A DNA stretch of 64,000 nucleotides from contig CAXXWD010000008.1 in NCBI GenBank assembly GCA_963667595.2, forward strand, positions 76,237 through 140,236, given 5' to 3'. The notes beneath the pieces are model-generated. The model was given only the letters and a program-made list of their open reading frames with translations, was not told the origin of the DNA and searched no databases. Positions 54,942 to 64,000 of this stretch are shown here, in pieces. The stretch's first letter is position 1, and every line of letters begins with the position of its first letter. Source of the stretch: Devosiaceae bacterium. Its GTDB lineage: Bacteria; Pseudomonadota; Alphaproteobacteria; Rhizobiales; Devosiaceae. The translations under genes were made by a program, and so were the position numbers.

Positions 54942-56089
54942 AATATGTCGACGAGTTCCGCGACCGTTCCGTCGCCGAAAAGCTCGCCGCCCAGATTGCC
55001 CATGAAGCCGAAGGCAACCGCGACTACTATTTCATGGAGTTCTGCGGGGGCCATACCCACGCCATCTTCCGCTACGGTGTTCAGGACCTGATGCCGCCCA
55101 ACGTGCATTTCGTGCACGGGCCGGGCTGTCCGGTCTGCGTGCTGCCCGTTCGGCGGCTCGACGATGCGGTGGAGCTGGCCGAGCGCTACAAGGCCATTCT
55201 GTGCTCTTACGGCGACATGATGCGCGTGCCGGGCACCAGGCGGCGGTCCTTGATCAAGGCCAAGGCCGACGGCGCCGACGTGCGCATGGTCTATTCGACC
55301 ATGGATGCGCTCAAGATCGCCCGCGAAAACCCCGACAGGCAGGTGGTGTTCTTCGCCATCGGTTTTGAAACCACGACGCCGCCAACCGCCGTCGCCGTGT
55401 TGCAGGCCGAAGCCGAAGGGCTCAAGAACTTCTCGGTCTTCGTCAATCACGTACTGACCCCGGCCGCCATCGGCCACATTCTCGACAGCGAGGATTTTGC
55501 CCCCGGCGGGCCGGCGCGGATCGACGGTTTTCTCGGGCCGTCCCATGTCAGCGCCGTCATCGGCTCGAAACCCTATGAGGCAGCGGCTGAGAAATATCAA
55601 AAACCGGTGGTCATCGCCGGGTTCGAACCGCTCGACGTCATGCAGTCCGTGCTGATGCTGATCCGCCAGATCAAGGACGGCCGCGTCGAGGTCGAGAACG
55701 AATATACCCGCGTCGTCACCCGCGACGGCAATCTCAAGGCGCAAGCCCTGGTCGATCGCGTATTGGAACTGCGCGAGACGTTCGAGTGGCGCGGCCTCGG
55801 TTCGGTGCCCAACAGCGCCCTGCGTCTCAGGGAAGAATACGCCTTCTTCGACGCCGAAAAACGGTTCGAGATCAGTCCCAAGGACTCCCGCGAAACCAAG
55901 TCCTGCGAATGCCCGGCAATCCTGAGAGGAGTCAAGAAGCCGACCGAGTGCAAGCTTTTCGGCACGGTCTGCACGCCCGACAACCCGATGGGCTCGTGCA
56001 TGGTCTCGTCCGAAGGCGCCTGCGCCGCCTACTGGACCTATGGCCGCTTCCGCAAGCCGGAAGAAACCAAAAAGGTCATATCCACATGA
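54938..56089 (+). CDS. hypD: Hydrogenase formation protein HypD
   Basis: 383 aa. MKYVDEFRD, FCGGHTH, GPGCPVCV, and the C-terminal cysteine motifs. Confidence 0.93.
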   Translation: MKYVDEFRDRSVAEKLAAQIAHEAEGNRDYYFMEFCGGHTHAIFRYGVQDLMPPNVHFVHGPGCPVCVLPVRRLDDAVELAERYKAILCSYGDMMRVPGTRRRSLIKAKADGADVRMVYSTMDALKIARENPDRQVVFFAIGFETTTPPTAVAVLQAEAEGLKNFSVFVNHVLTPAAIGHILDSEDFAPGGPARIDGFLGPSHVSAVIGSKPYEAAAEKYQKPVVIAGFEPLDVMQSVLMLIRQIKDGRVEVENEYTRVVTRDGNLKAQALVDRVLELRETFEWRGLGSVPNSALRLREEYAFFDAEKRFEISPKDSRETKSCECPAILRGVKKPTECKLFGTVCTPDNPMGSCMVSSEGACAAYWTYGRFRKPEETKKVIST

Positions 56090-57114
56090 CGACGGGACCT
56101 TCCCATCCGACCGGCAGCGTCGACATGACCCATGGCGGCGGCGGGCGCGCCATGGCCGAGCTGATCCACACCCTGTTCACCAAGCATTTTTCCAACCCGA
56201 TCCTCGATCAGGGAAATGATGGCGCCGTCTTTTCCCTGCCGCCCGGCCGCATCGTCATGTCGACGGACAGCCACGTCATCACGCCGCTCTTCTTTCCGGG
56301 TGGCGACATTGGCGAGCTGGCGGTCAACGGCACGGTCAACGACGTCGCCATGATGGGCGCAAAACCGCTTTACCTGTCCGCAGGTTTCATCCTTGAGGAA
56401 GGGTTCCCCCTCGCCGATCTCGAAAAGATCGTCATCTCCATGGCGGCGGCGGCGAAAACGGCCGGGGTCGCCATCGTCACCGGTGACACCAAGGTCGTCG
56501 AAAAAGGCAAGGGCGACGGCATCTTCATCTCGACGACCGGCATCGGCGTCGTGCCGAAAGGCGTCAAGACCTCCGGCGCAACCGCCCGGCCGGGACAGGC
56601 GATCCTCGTGTCCGGCACCATGGGCGATCATGGCGTTGCCATTCTTTCAAAGCGCGAAAACCTTGAGTTCGAAACCGAGATCGTTTCCGACTGCGCCGCA
56701 CTTAACGGGTTGATCGCCATGATGCTGGCCGCCGTGCCGCGTATCACCACCTTGCGCGACCCGACGCGCGGCGGGCTGGCAGCAACGCTCAACGAAATCG
56801 CGTCCGCATCCAAGGTCGGGATGATGCTCGAGGAAGCGGCCATCCCGATCCGCCCGGACGTGGCTGCCGCCTGCGAGCTTCTCGGGCTCGATCCGCTTTA
56901 CGTCGCCAATGAGGGCAAGCTGATCTGCATCTGCGAGGATGCCGACGCAGAAACGTTACTCGGCGTCATGCGGGCCCATCCGCTCGGCGCCAACGCCGCC
57001 CGCATCGGCACCGTTACCGAGGACGAAGCGCATCTCATCCAGATGCGCACCGGCTTCGGCGGCACCCGCGTCGTCGACTGGATCGCCGGTGAGCAATTGC
57101 CGCGGATTTGCTAG
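56086..57114 (+). CDS. hypE: Hydrogenase expression/formation protein HypE
   Basis: 342 aa. AIR-synthase-like fold with the C-terminal ...LPRIC motif. ATGA overlap with hypD. Confidence 0.92.
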   Translation: MTTGPSHPTGSVDMTHGGGGRAMAELIHTLFTKHFSNPILDQGNDGAVFSLPPGRIVMSTDSHVITPLFFPGGDIGELAVNGTVNDVAMMGAKPLYLSAGFILEEGFPLADLEKIVISMAAAAKTAGVAIVTGDTKVVEKGKGDGIFISTTGIGVVPKGVKTSGATARPGQAILVSGTMGDHGVAILSKRENLEFETEIVSDCAALNGLIAMMLAAVPRITTLRDPTRGGLAATLNEIASASKVGMMLEEAAIPIRPDVAAACELLGLDPLYVANEGKLICICEDADAETLLGVMRAHPLGANAARIGTVTEDEAHLIQMRTGFGGTRVVDWIAGEQLPRIC

Positions 57115-57147
57115 GCTGCGCCCGAAGGCAGCGGAGGAAAGACGGCC

Positions 57148-57591
57148 ATGTCGTTTCGGATCGAACGTCTTGAGCTCGAACATATCGAAGGCGGTGCTCG
57201 CGTGCTGGCAAGCGCCTACGCCCAGCCACCGTGGAACGAAGACTGGTCCCTCGACGCCGCCATTGAAAATCTGACCTATGTCATCGAGACTCCGAGGTCG
57301 TTGGCACTTGCAGCACTGGATAAGGATCAGGTGCTCGGCATTGCCCTCGGCACAAGGCAGCGGCGGCCCGCCGGTCCGGTCATCTATCTCGATGAGCTCT
57401 CCGTGCTGCCGGACAGGCAGGGCATGGGCATCGGACGGGCTCTGCTGGCGTCCGTTTGTGAGACGGCAAAGTCCGAAGGATGCAAGAGTGTCTGGCTGAT
57501 CTCGCAACGGGATGGCGTACTGCCAGGTTTCTACGCGAACAACGGATTCCGGATGAATACCGATCTCGCGCTTTATGCGCGTGTGTGTTGA
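57148..57591 (+). CDS. GNAT family N-acetyltransferase embedded in the hyp operon
   Basis: 147 aa, preceded by a GGAGGAAAG RBS. Acetyl-CoA motif LSVLPDRQGMGIGRALL. It lies 33 nt after hypE and 17 nt before hypF. Confidence 0.8.
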   Translation: MSFRIERLELEHIEGGARVLASAYAQPPWNEDWSLDAAIENLTYVIETPRSLALAALDKDQVLGIALGTRQRRPAGPVIYLDELSVLPDRQGMGIGRALLASVCETAKSEGCKSVWLISQRDGVLPGFYANNGFRMNTDLALYARVC

Positions 57592-57608
57592 CGGCATCGA
57601 CGCAAGAC

Positions 57609-59936
57609 ATGACCGGACGACATCCAGAAGAGGCTTCAGGCCGTACCATCCGCGTGCGCGGGCTGGTGCAGGGCGTGGGATTCCGGCCCTTCGTCTGGCG
57701 GCTGGCGCACGATCTCGGGCTTGTCGGTCATGTGCTCAACGATGGCGAAGGCGTCGAGATCGCCGCCTGGGGCACGAAAACGGCTCTTCACTCCCTCTGC
57801 GCGCGGCTGAAAAGCGAGACACCGCCCCTGGCGCACGTTGATGAGATCAGCTCTGTGGCGCGCGATGGCGCGCCGCCTGCGGATTTCACCATCCTCGAAA
57901 GCGCCCATACCGAGATTGCCACCGGCATCGTGCCCGATGCCGCCACGTGCCCGGATTGCCTTGCCGAAATCTTCGATCCCGCCAACCGGCGCTATCGATA
58001 CGCTTTCACCAATTGCACCCATTGCGGCCCACGCCTGTCGATCATTTCAGGTATCCCCTACGACCGGGCGCAGACCTCGATGCGGGTTTTCGACATGTGC
58101 CCGGACTGTGCCGGCGAATATGCCGATCCAGCTGACCGGCGGTTCCATGCCCAGCCCAATGCCTGTCCGATCTGTGGCCCCCAGCTCTGGCTCGAAGACG
58201 CAAAGGGCAGACGTTTCGACGGCGACGTTTTCGCGGAAGCGGCACGACGCCTCGTTGCCGGCGAAATCGGCGCTATCAAGGGAATTGGCGGGTTCCATCT
58301 CGCCGCGGAAGCGACGAACGACGCCGCCGTCGCCGAATTGCGCCGCCGCAAGCATCGGCCGGCCAAACCGCTGGCGCTGATGGCGCGCGATTGCGCCCAG
58401 ATCAGGCACTACGCCCATGTGAGCGGCGATGAAGAGGCTCTGCTTATATCAAGTGCCGCGCCGATTGTGCTTCTGGAGAAGACGGGCGAAAAACTGGCGC
58501 CGTCGGTGGCGCCGGACCAGAATCGGGTCGGCTTCATGCTGGCCTACACCCCGCTCCACCACCTCCTGATGGCCGCGCTCGATCATCCCATCGTTCTGAC
58601 CTCCGGCAATCTTTCGGAGGAACCGCAGGCGACCGACAATGACGATGCGCGCGCCCGCCTCGAAGGCATCGCCGATTTCTATCTCATGCACGATCGCGAC
58701 ATCGTCAACCGGCTCGATGATTCCGTCATGCGCCAGGACAAGCCCGGCGTACAGATATTGCGGCGGGGGCGAGGACTGGCGCCGGCGCCGATCCGGCTCG
58801 CCAGAGGCTTTGTCGATGCGCCACGGGTGCTGGCCATGGGAGGCGGGCTGAAATCGGCCTTCTGTCTCATGGTAAAGGGCGAAGCGATCCTTTCCCAGCA
58901 TATGGGCGATCTTGAAAACGCATCGACCTATCGGGACTATCGCAAATCCCTTGCGCTTTATCGCGACCTCTTCCGGTTCGATCCGGACGTGATCGCGCTC
59001 GATTCCCACCCGGATTACCTCTCGACCCGCTGGGGCGAAACCCTCGCCGCCGAGACCGGCGCCCGTATCGTCCGCGTGCAGCATCATCATGCCCATTTCG
59101 CTTCCTGTCTGGCCGACAATGGCATCGAACCCGGCGCGGACAAGGCCATCGGCATCGTACTCGACGGGCTGGGCCTCGGAACGGATGGCACGATCTGGGG
59201 CGGAGAAATCCTTGTCGGCGGCTATTCCGGTTTCGCCCGCATCGGCCAGTTCGATGCGGTCGCTCAGCCGGGCGGCGACAAAGCCCAGCGCGAACCGTGG
59301 CGCAATCTCGTCGCCCAGCTCCATCAGGCGTTCGGGCCGGACTGGCGATCCGTACTTGCCGGAACTGAACTTGCCGAGCGGCTCGATGTCAAACCGCTCG
59401 ACCTCGTTAACGCCATGATCGAAAAACGCATCAATACCCCCCTCACCTCTTCGGCCGGGCGTCTGTTCGATGCCGTGGCGGCATCGATCGGGATCTGTTT
59501 CGACGCCCAGAGTTTCGAGGGGCAGGCCGCCATGGCGCTTGAGGCGGCAGCGACGCCCTTCATGTCCGATGCGACGGCCTATCCGGTCGGAACCGTTGTC
59601 GAAAACGGGCGGCACCGCTTGATCTGGGCCCCGCTCTGGCAAGCCATTCTGGCCGATCTGGCCACGGGGACGGAGCCCGGCCTGATCGCCGCCCGTTTTC
59701 ATGGCGCCCTTGCGGCGGGACTGGCCTGTTTGACCGAGACGATTGCGGAAACGACAGGCATCTTTACCGTCGCGCTGTCCGGCGGGGTCATGCAGAACAG
59801 TCTTCTTTTCAACGCACTTTTCTCCCGCCTGTCGGCGTCAGGACTGAACGTGCTGGTAGGGCGCGATGCGCCGGCCAATGATGGCGGGCTGGCGCTCGGA
59901 CAGGCCGTCAGTGCGGCACTTGCTCCGTCGGCGTAA
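57609..59936 (+). CDS. hypF: Carbamoyltransferase HypF
   Basis: 775 aa from the ATG at 57609. Acylphosphatase domain VRGLVQGVGFRPFV, two zinc-finger pairs (CPDC..CTHCGPR; CPDC..CPICGP), and YrdC/Kae1-like domains. Confidence 0.93.
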   Translation: MTGRHPEEASGRTIRVRGLVQGVGFRPFVWRLAHDLGLVGHVLNDGEGVEIAAWGTKTALHSLCARLKSETPPLAHVDEISSVARDGAPPADFTILESAHTEIATGIVPDAATCPDCLAEIFDPANRRYRYAFTNCTHCGPRLSIISGIPYDRAQTSMRVFDMCPDCAGEYADPADRRFHAQPNACPICGPQLWLEDAKGRRFDGDVFAEAARRLVAGEIGAIKGIGGFHLAAEATNDAAVAELRRRKHRPAKPLALMARDCAQIRHYAHVSGDEEALLISSAAPIVLLEKTGEKLAPSVAPDQNRVGFMLAYTPLHHLLMAALDHPIVLTSGNLSEEPQATDNDDARARLEGIADFYLMHDRDIVNRLDDSVMRQDKPGVQILRRGRGLAPAPIRLARGFVDAPRVLAMGGGLKSAFCLMVKGEAILSQHMGDLENASTYRDYRKSLALYRDLFRFDPDVIALDSHPDYLSTRWGETLAAETGARIVRVQHHHAHFASCLADNGIEPGADKAIGIVLDGLGLGTDGTIWGGEILVGGYSGFARIGQFDAVAQPGGDKAQREPWRNLVAQLHQAFGPDWRSVLAGTELAERLDVKPLDLVNAMIEKRINTPLTSSAGRLFDAVAASIGICFDAQSFEGQAAMALEAAATPFMSDATAYPVGTVVENGRHRLIWAPLWQAILADLATGTEPGLIAARFHGALAAGLACLTETIAETTGIFTVALSGGVMQNSLLFNALFSRLSASGLNVLVGRDAPANDGGLALGQAVSAALAPSA

Positions 59937-61158
59937 GAAGCGCGACCCGTCCCATGGCGACAAGGCAGGCCAGGAACACCCCAAACAGCATGGTCTGCGG
60001 CAAGATGCCGAAAATGGCATTGGTCAGCCCGAGCGCGAGATAACTGCCGGATAATGCCAGCGCCCCGAAGATCAACGCGTGTCGGGTATCGGCTCCGTAA
60101 TTTCCCATGGATCGCAGGAACGGAGAAACAAGCAGCAGGATATAGCCGACAAGACCGAGCAGTCCGGCGGCGACGGAAAAATCGCTCAGGTCCGAATGGA
60201 GATGGGTTCCCAATCCCGCGTGATCTTCGGGATAGTGGTCCCGTGTTGCAGAAATGATCTGCCCCGCGCCAACTCCGAAAAGTGGGTGCGCACGAAACAC
60301 CTCAAATCCCGACCTGAGAAAGATGATCCGTTCCATCGTCGACTCGTCGACGTATTGCTCCATTTTCGCAACGCTGTCGCCGGAAAGGAGTGCCGAGACA
60401 GCGGTCGTCGTGTCGGTGAAACCGGACAGCGCTCTTTCCGACACACCCGGCGACCAGAGCATCAGACCTATTAAGGCAATGACGCCGGTGACGAGCGCCG
60501 TGGCCGCTATTTTCCGGACATGGCGGAACCACACGATCAAGAGAATCGTCAGCGGAACGGCAACGACGAAGAAAGCCAGAACCGCCCCGCGCGTCCCCGA
60601 CAAGAGAATCGCCACGAACGCAAAAAACGGACCGCTCAGAAAGATCAGACGCCATCTTTTCTGGGTACCGAAAAGTCCGATCACCGACATGAACCCCAGA
60701 ACCAAGGAAAGATCGGCGAAATGGATCGGGTTGTTGCCGCTGCCGGCACGATCGACGCCCAGAACGTAGACGTCGTTGAGGGCGGCGAACATCGCGCCGA
60801 CCGAGCCAATGAGCGCCAATCCCCCAATGACAGCCGGCGATCCAAAGCGCGGTTCGGCTTCTATCAGCGCGACAATCCCGATCCCGCCGACGATTGGCAA
60901 AAGCGCAAAGATGATCAGAAGATCGTCCGCACTGTGCCAGGCGAAGGGCAGCGTGACGAAAAACAGAACGAACGCACAAAGAACGGCGAGATAGGCGGGA
61001 TGTCGTGCGATCACGCCAAGGCGCGACACCAGAACGCCCGCGCCGATCAACGCGCCACCCATGGCAAAATAGACGGCGGTATAGGAAACAAGCGGAGCGA
61101 GAACGACACCGGCGACAAGGACGGTCGCAGTCAACAACAGGGTAAGGGGATTGGACAT
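59908..61158 (-). CDS. O-antigen ligase (Wzy_C) family membrane protein
   Basis: 416 aa from the ATG at 61158. It is polytopic and has an LSGTRGA motif. Its 3-prime end overlaps the hypF 3-prime end by 29 nt (convergent). Confidence 0.75.
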   Translation of the reverse strand: MSNPLTLLLTATVLVAGVVLAPLVSYTAVYFAMGGALIGAGVLVSRLGVIARHPAYLAVLCAFVLFFVTLPFAWHSADDLLIIFALLPIVGGIGIVALIEAEPRFGSPAVIGGLALIGSVGAMFAALNDVYVLGVDRAGSGNNPIHFADLSLVLGFMSVIGLFGTQKRWRLIFLSGPFFAFVAILLSGTRGAVLAFFVVAVPLTILLIVWFRHVRKIAATALVTGVIALIGLMLWSPGVSERALSGFTDTTTAVSALLSGDSVAKMEQYVDESTMERIIFLRSGFEVFRAHPLFGVGAGQIISATRDHYPEDHAGLGTHLHSDLSDFSVAAGLLGLVGYILLLVSPFLRSMGNYGADTRHALIFGALALSGSYLALGLTNAIFGILPQTMLFGVFLACLVAMGRVALLTPTEQVPH

Positions 61159-61843
61159 AGCCGTCCTTTGCAGCACTGAAGCTCACTGATCCATTGTGCA
61201 TTCTTGACGAAGGCAAAAACCGACAAAAAAGCGGAACGCATGAAGCCGGTCGTCCCTTTTCCACATGATAAGGCGTCATGAAAGAATTTCGACCGGAAAA
61301 AGAAGGACACCATGAGTGGTATTGGTGAGCCTTACCAGCGCGGCAAAAACCGGATCGGGGAAAACACATCATTTTGAATTGTGAACCACTGAGACAATCC
61401 AGACCACACGGAATTCAGTGACAGCGTTCAGCGTCACTGCCCCCGTTGAACGCAATGAGATCGCGTTCTTCGGCCAGTTGCAGCAGGCGGGTGCGTAAAG
61501 AACGGCTCCATATAGTCGGCGAGGATGCAAATCACATCGCCCCTGATCGATCATACGCCGCATACCGTCTTCGTCGTGCCGCCCATCATCGAAGAACCGC
61601 GTCGTTACCACGGGCAACACGCCGGAAAACGTCTTGATCGCCCTGTCGGCCCCTCCTTTCGGTGCCGATGCAGGGGCAACCGTCAATGTCGACGTTGCGA
61701 CCACGTATCGCGGATCGCTCATGCCTGCGTTCGCCACTTCTCTTGGCTTTTTTTGCCCCAAAAGGACCGCCACGGTGGTATCAAGGCCCCGCGTTGCTGT
61801 GTTGGCAGCGGTTTTTCGACGGCATTACGAAAAGGACCTGAAC

Positions 61844-63358
61844 ATGACCTATCGTCCCCATGGCAAACATCTCATCGCCGGCGAATGGGTCTTGGCGACT
61901 GACAGCTTCGAAAACGCACCCGTTTCGGGACCGCGCCAGCGCTTTTTTGTGGGAACGCCGGAACTGGTCGACAAGGCCGCGGAGGCGGCTGAAGCCGCCT
62001 TCTGGTCCTATGGCTACACCAGCCGGGCCGAACGCGCCGCCTTTCTCGAAAGCATCGCCGATGAAATCGAGGCCCGCGCCGACGACATCACCGAGATCGG
62101 CACCGCCGAAACCGGCCTGCCCCCGGGCCGCCTGATATCCGAACGCGGCCGCACCACCGGACAGCTTCGCCTGTTCGCTTCCCACATCATGAAAGGCGAT
62201 TACCTCGACCGGCGCCACGACGAGGCCCTGCCCGATCGCCAGCCGGCGGCGCGCCCCGACCTCAAGATGATGCAGCGCCCCATCGGCCCGGTGGCCGTTT
62301 TCGGCGCCTCCAATTTCCCTCTGGCCTTTTCGACGGCGGGAGGCGACACGGCGGCGGCGTTGGCGGCCGGTTGCCCGGTCGTGGTCAAGGGCCACTCCGC
62401 CCACCCCGGCACCGGCGAGATCGTGGCCGAGGCCATCAAGGCGGCCATCGAAAAATGTGGCGCACACCCCGGCACGTTCTCTTTGATCCAGGGTGGCGAT
62501 CGCAGCGTCGGCGAGGCGTTGGTCAAGCATCCGCGCATCAAGGCGGTGGGCTTCACCGGATCGCAGGCCGGCGGCCGCGCCCTTTACAACCTGTGTGCCG
62601 CGCGGCCTGAGCCGATCCCCTTCTTCGGCGAACTCGGTTCGGTCAATCCGATGTTCGTCCTGCCCGAGGCCGTCAAGGCGCGTGGCACCGAAATCGCTGC
62701 CGACTGGACGGGATCGCTGACCCTCGGCGCCGGCCAGTTCTGCACCAATCCCGGCATTTCCGTTCTGGTCGCGGGCGCCGATGCCGACGCCTTCATGACG
62801 GCAGCGACCGAAGCGCTGGGCGGTGTCGGCGCCCAGACCATGCTGACCGACACCATTGCCGATGCCTATCGCAAGGGCCGCGACCGCATCGCCGGCAGCG
62901 CCGGCATTCGCGAGCTGATGACCTCGACCTGCGATTTGCGCAACGCCACGCCCTACCTTTACGCCACGACCGGCAAGGACTGGCTTTCCAACCATGTGCT
63001 GGGCCAGGAAGTCTTCGGACCGCTCGGCCTTCTGGTTCTGGTCGACAGCGCCAAAGAAATGCTGGATGTCGCCCTGAGCCTTGAAGGGCAGTTGACCGCG
63101 ACGATCCACATGGACAAGACCGACACGCCTCTGGCGCAAAAGCTCATGCCCGTGCTCGAACGCAAGGCGGGACGCGTACTCGTCAACGGTTACCCGACCG
63201 GGGTCGAAGTGTGCGACTCCATGGTGCATGGCGGCCCCTACCCGGCCTCGACCAATTTCGGCGCAACCTCGGTGGGGACCTTGTCGATCCGTCGTTTTCT
63301 AAGGCCCGTCTGCTACCAGAATATGCCCGAAGACCTGTTGCCCGAGGACCTGCGCTAG
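61844..63358 (+). CDS. Aldehyde dehydrogenase (NADP+), alpha-ketoglutaric semialdehyde dehydrogenase-like
   Basis: 504 aa from the ATG at 61844, preceded by AAGGA. GPVAVFGASNFPLAFS, ELGSVNP and GAGQFCTNPG (catalytic Cys) match KGSADH-type ALDH. Confidence 0.85.
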   Translation: MTYRPHGKHLIAGEWVLATDSFENAPVSGPRQRFFVGTPELVDKAAEAAEAAFWSYGYTSRAERAAFLESIADEIEARADDITEIGTAETGLPPGRLISERGRTTGQLRLFASHIMKGDYLDRRHDEALPDRQPAARPDLKMMQRPIGPVAVFGASNFPLAFSTAGGDTAAALAAGCPVVVKGHSAHPGTGEIVAEAIKAAIEKCGAHPGTFSLIQGGDRSVGEALVKHPRIKAVGFTGSQAGGRALYNLCAARPEPIPFFGELGSVNPMFVLPEAVKARGTEIAADWTGSLTLGAGQFCTNPGISVLVAGADADAFMTAATEALGGVGAQTMLTDTIADAYRKGRDRIAGSAGIRELMTSTCDLRNATPYLYATTGKDWLSNHVLGQEVFGPLGLLVLVDSAKEMLDVALSLEGQLTATIHMDKTDTPLAQKLMPVLERKAGRVLVNGYPTGVEVCDSMVHGGPYPASTNFGATSVGTLSIRRFLRPVCYQNMPEDLLPEDLR

Positions 63359-63562
63359 AGCGTTTTCAGCAAAAGTGGATACCGGTTTTGCAATTCGAAA
63401 ACGCGACAAAACAAAGAGTTGGATCATTTCAGCGTTTCAATGAAACGGTGAAATGATCTAGAGCGGTGTACGGAAAAATGGACCCGGTTTTTCGTGAAAA
63501 ACACCGCGAATATAAGAAAGATGGAGTTCGCGTCTTGGTTCAGCCAAAACGCGTGCTCTAGC
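63355..63562 (+). repeat. Tandem pair of two-hairpin intergenic repeats (RIME-like family)
   Basis: Unit a has stem GCGTTTTC (63360-67) / GAAAACGC (63397-404) around AAAAGTGGATACCGGTTTTGC, then hairpin 63421-63458. Unit b has stem GCGGTGT (63463-69) / ACACCGC (63501-07) around GAAAAATGGACCCGGTTTTTCG. The units are delimited by CTAGAGC. Confidence 0.8.
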
Positions 63563-63621
63563 ACCGCCACCCCCCGACAGGCGCCTGCGCTGGCAGACGC
63601 GCCCAACCTCAAGGACTCATA

Positions 63622-64000
63622 ATGCGTTTCGCTTCTTTCTCTCTGGGTGGATTTCATCTTTACGGCCGCATCGACGGCGAGACCGTTCGACTGCCCTCCG
63701 CGGACTTCGCCACACGCTATCCCAGTCTCAAGGCGGCGATTGCCGGTGACGCACTCGGCAGTTTTACCCCTGATCCGGAAGCCGAAGCTTTGTCGCTCGC
63801 CGGCCTCGTTTTCGATCCGGTCATCCCGGAACCCGGCAAGATCCTGTGTGCCGGACGCAACTATCACGAGCATGGCGACGAGGAAGGACGGCCCGACAAT
63901 CCGCCGGTCTTCATCCGCTTCGCCGATACCCAGATCGGGCACGAGGCAGCGCTGGTGATCCCGGCCGAAAGCAGCACGTTCGAACTGGAAGGCGAACTCG
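63622..64000 (+). CDS. Fumarylacetoacetate hydrolase (FAH) family protein, N-terminal part (runs off window end)
   Basis: Own translation from the ATG at 63622 (AAGGA RBS) gives MRFASFSLGGFHLYGRIDGE...PGKILCAGRNYHEHGDEEGRPDNPPVFIRF, the typical FAH-family N-terminus. No stop in the window, so it is not in the ORF track. Confidence 0.75.
   Translation, partial: MRFASFSLGGFHLYGRIDGETVRLPSADFATRYPSLKAAIAGDALGSFTPDPEAEALSLAGLVFDPVIPEPGKILCAGRNYHEHGDEEGRPDNPPVFIRFADTQIGHEAALVIPAESSTFELEGEL

Noticed and set aside
61369-61773. Minus-strand ORF of 134 aa upstream of the aldehyde dehydrogenase; possibly a degraded regulator.
   Set aside because: It has no recognisable motif, its codon bias decays along the ORF, and it ends in a hairpin-rich segment. 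There is not enough evidence to call a gene or a pseudogene.
1-64000. Window-wide look for CRISPR arrays, IS elements or transposases, integrases, prophage genes, toxin-antitoxin pairs and known defence-system genes.
   Set aside because: None seen. The only repeats are short structured intergenic elements and one intragenic duplication, and no ORF has recombinase, nuclease-defence or phage-structural motifs.

Overview
High-GC alphaproteobacterial chromosome segment. Gene order resembles Hyphomicrobiales/Rhizobiales: ldtR-ldtP-glyA-nrdR and plsX-fabH-ihfA-merR-tRNA-Pro. All calls come from reading the sequence, recalled motifs and synteny; no database search was run. From 1 to about 30 kb the window is mostly housekeeping: the start of the dcw cluster (murE-ftsI-ftsL-rsmH, with no mraZ), bamE, yceD-plsX-fabH, ihfA, tRNA-Pro(GGG), nusB-nrdR-glyA with a ZTP riboswitch, an L,D-transpeptidase with a MarR regulator, hemB, an SLC13 permease, bpt, a modular OmpA-family protein, a porin, DUF2336, and an FMN riboswitch driving a RibN/ImpX-like DMT transporter. 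From 30 to 60 kb it is accessory-looking. First comes a divergent module of a Ddl-like ATP-grasp enzyme, an alpha/beta hydrolase and a membrane-anchored MurF-like ligase. Next is a three-gene operon in which pyruvate:ferredoxin oxidoreductase is flanked by a GltD-like/ferredoxin protein and a DHOD-like protein. Then come a NitT/TauT-type ABC importer, an [FeFe]-hydrogenase with a NuoF-C-terminal::GltD fusion partner, an 817-bp AT-rich non-coding spacer, and a NAD-reducing [NiFe] hydrogenase operon, hoxFUYHW-hypABCDE-GNAT-hypF. The window ends with an O-antigen-ligase-family gene, an aldehyde dehydrogenase and a partial FAH-family gene. A two-hairpin intergenic repeat family (RIME-like) occurs at least 7 times, and its stems covary between copies. 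I saw no CRISPR array, transposase, integrase, phage gene or recognisable defence gene.
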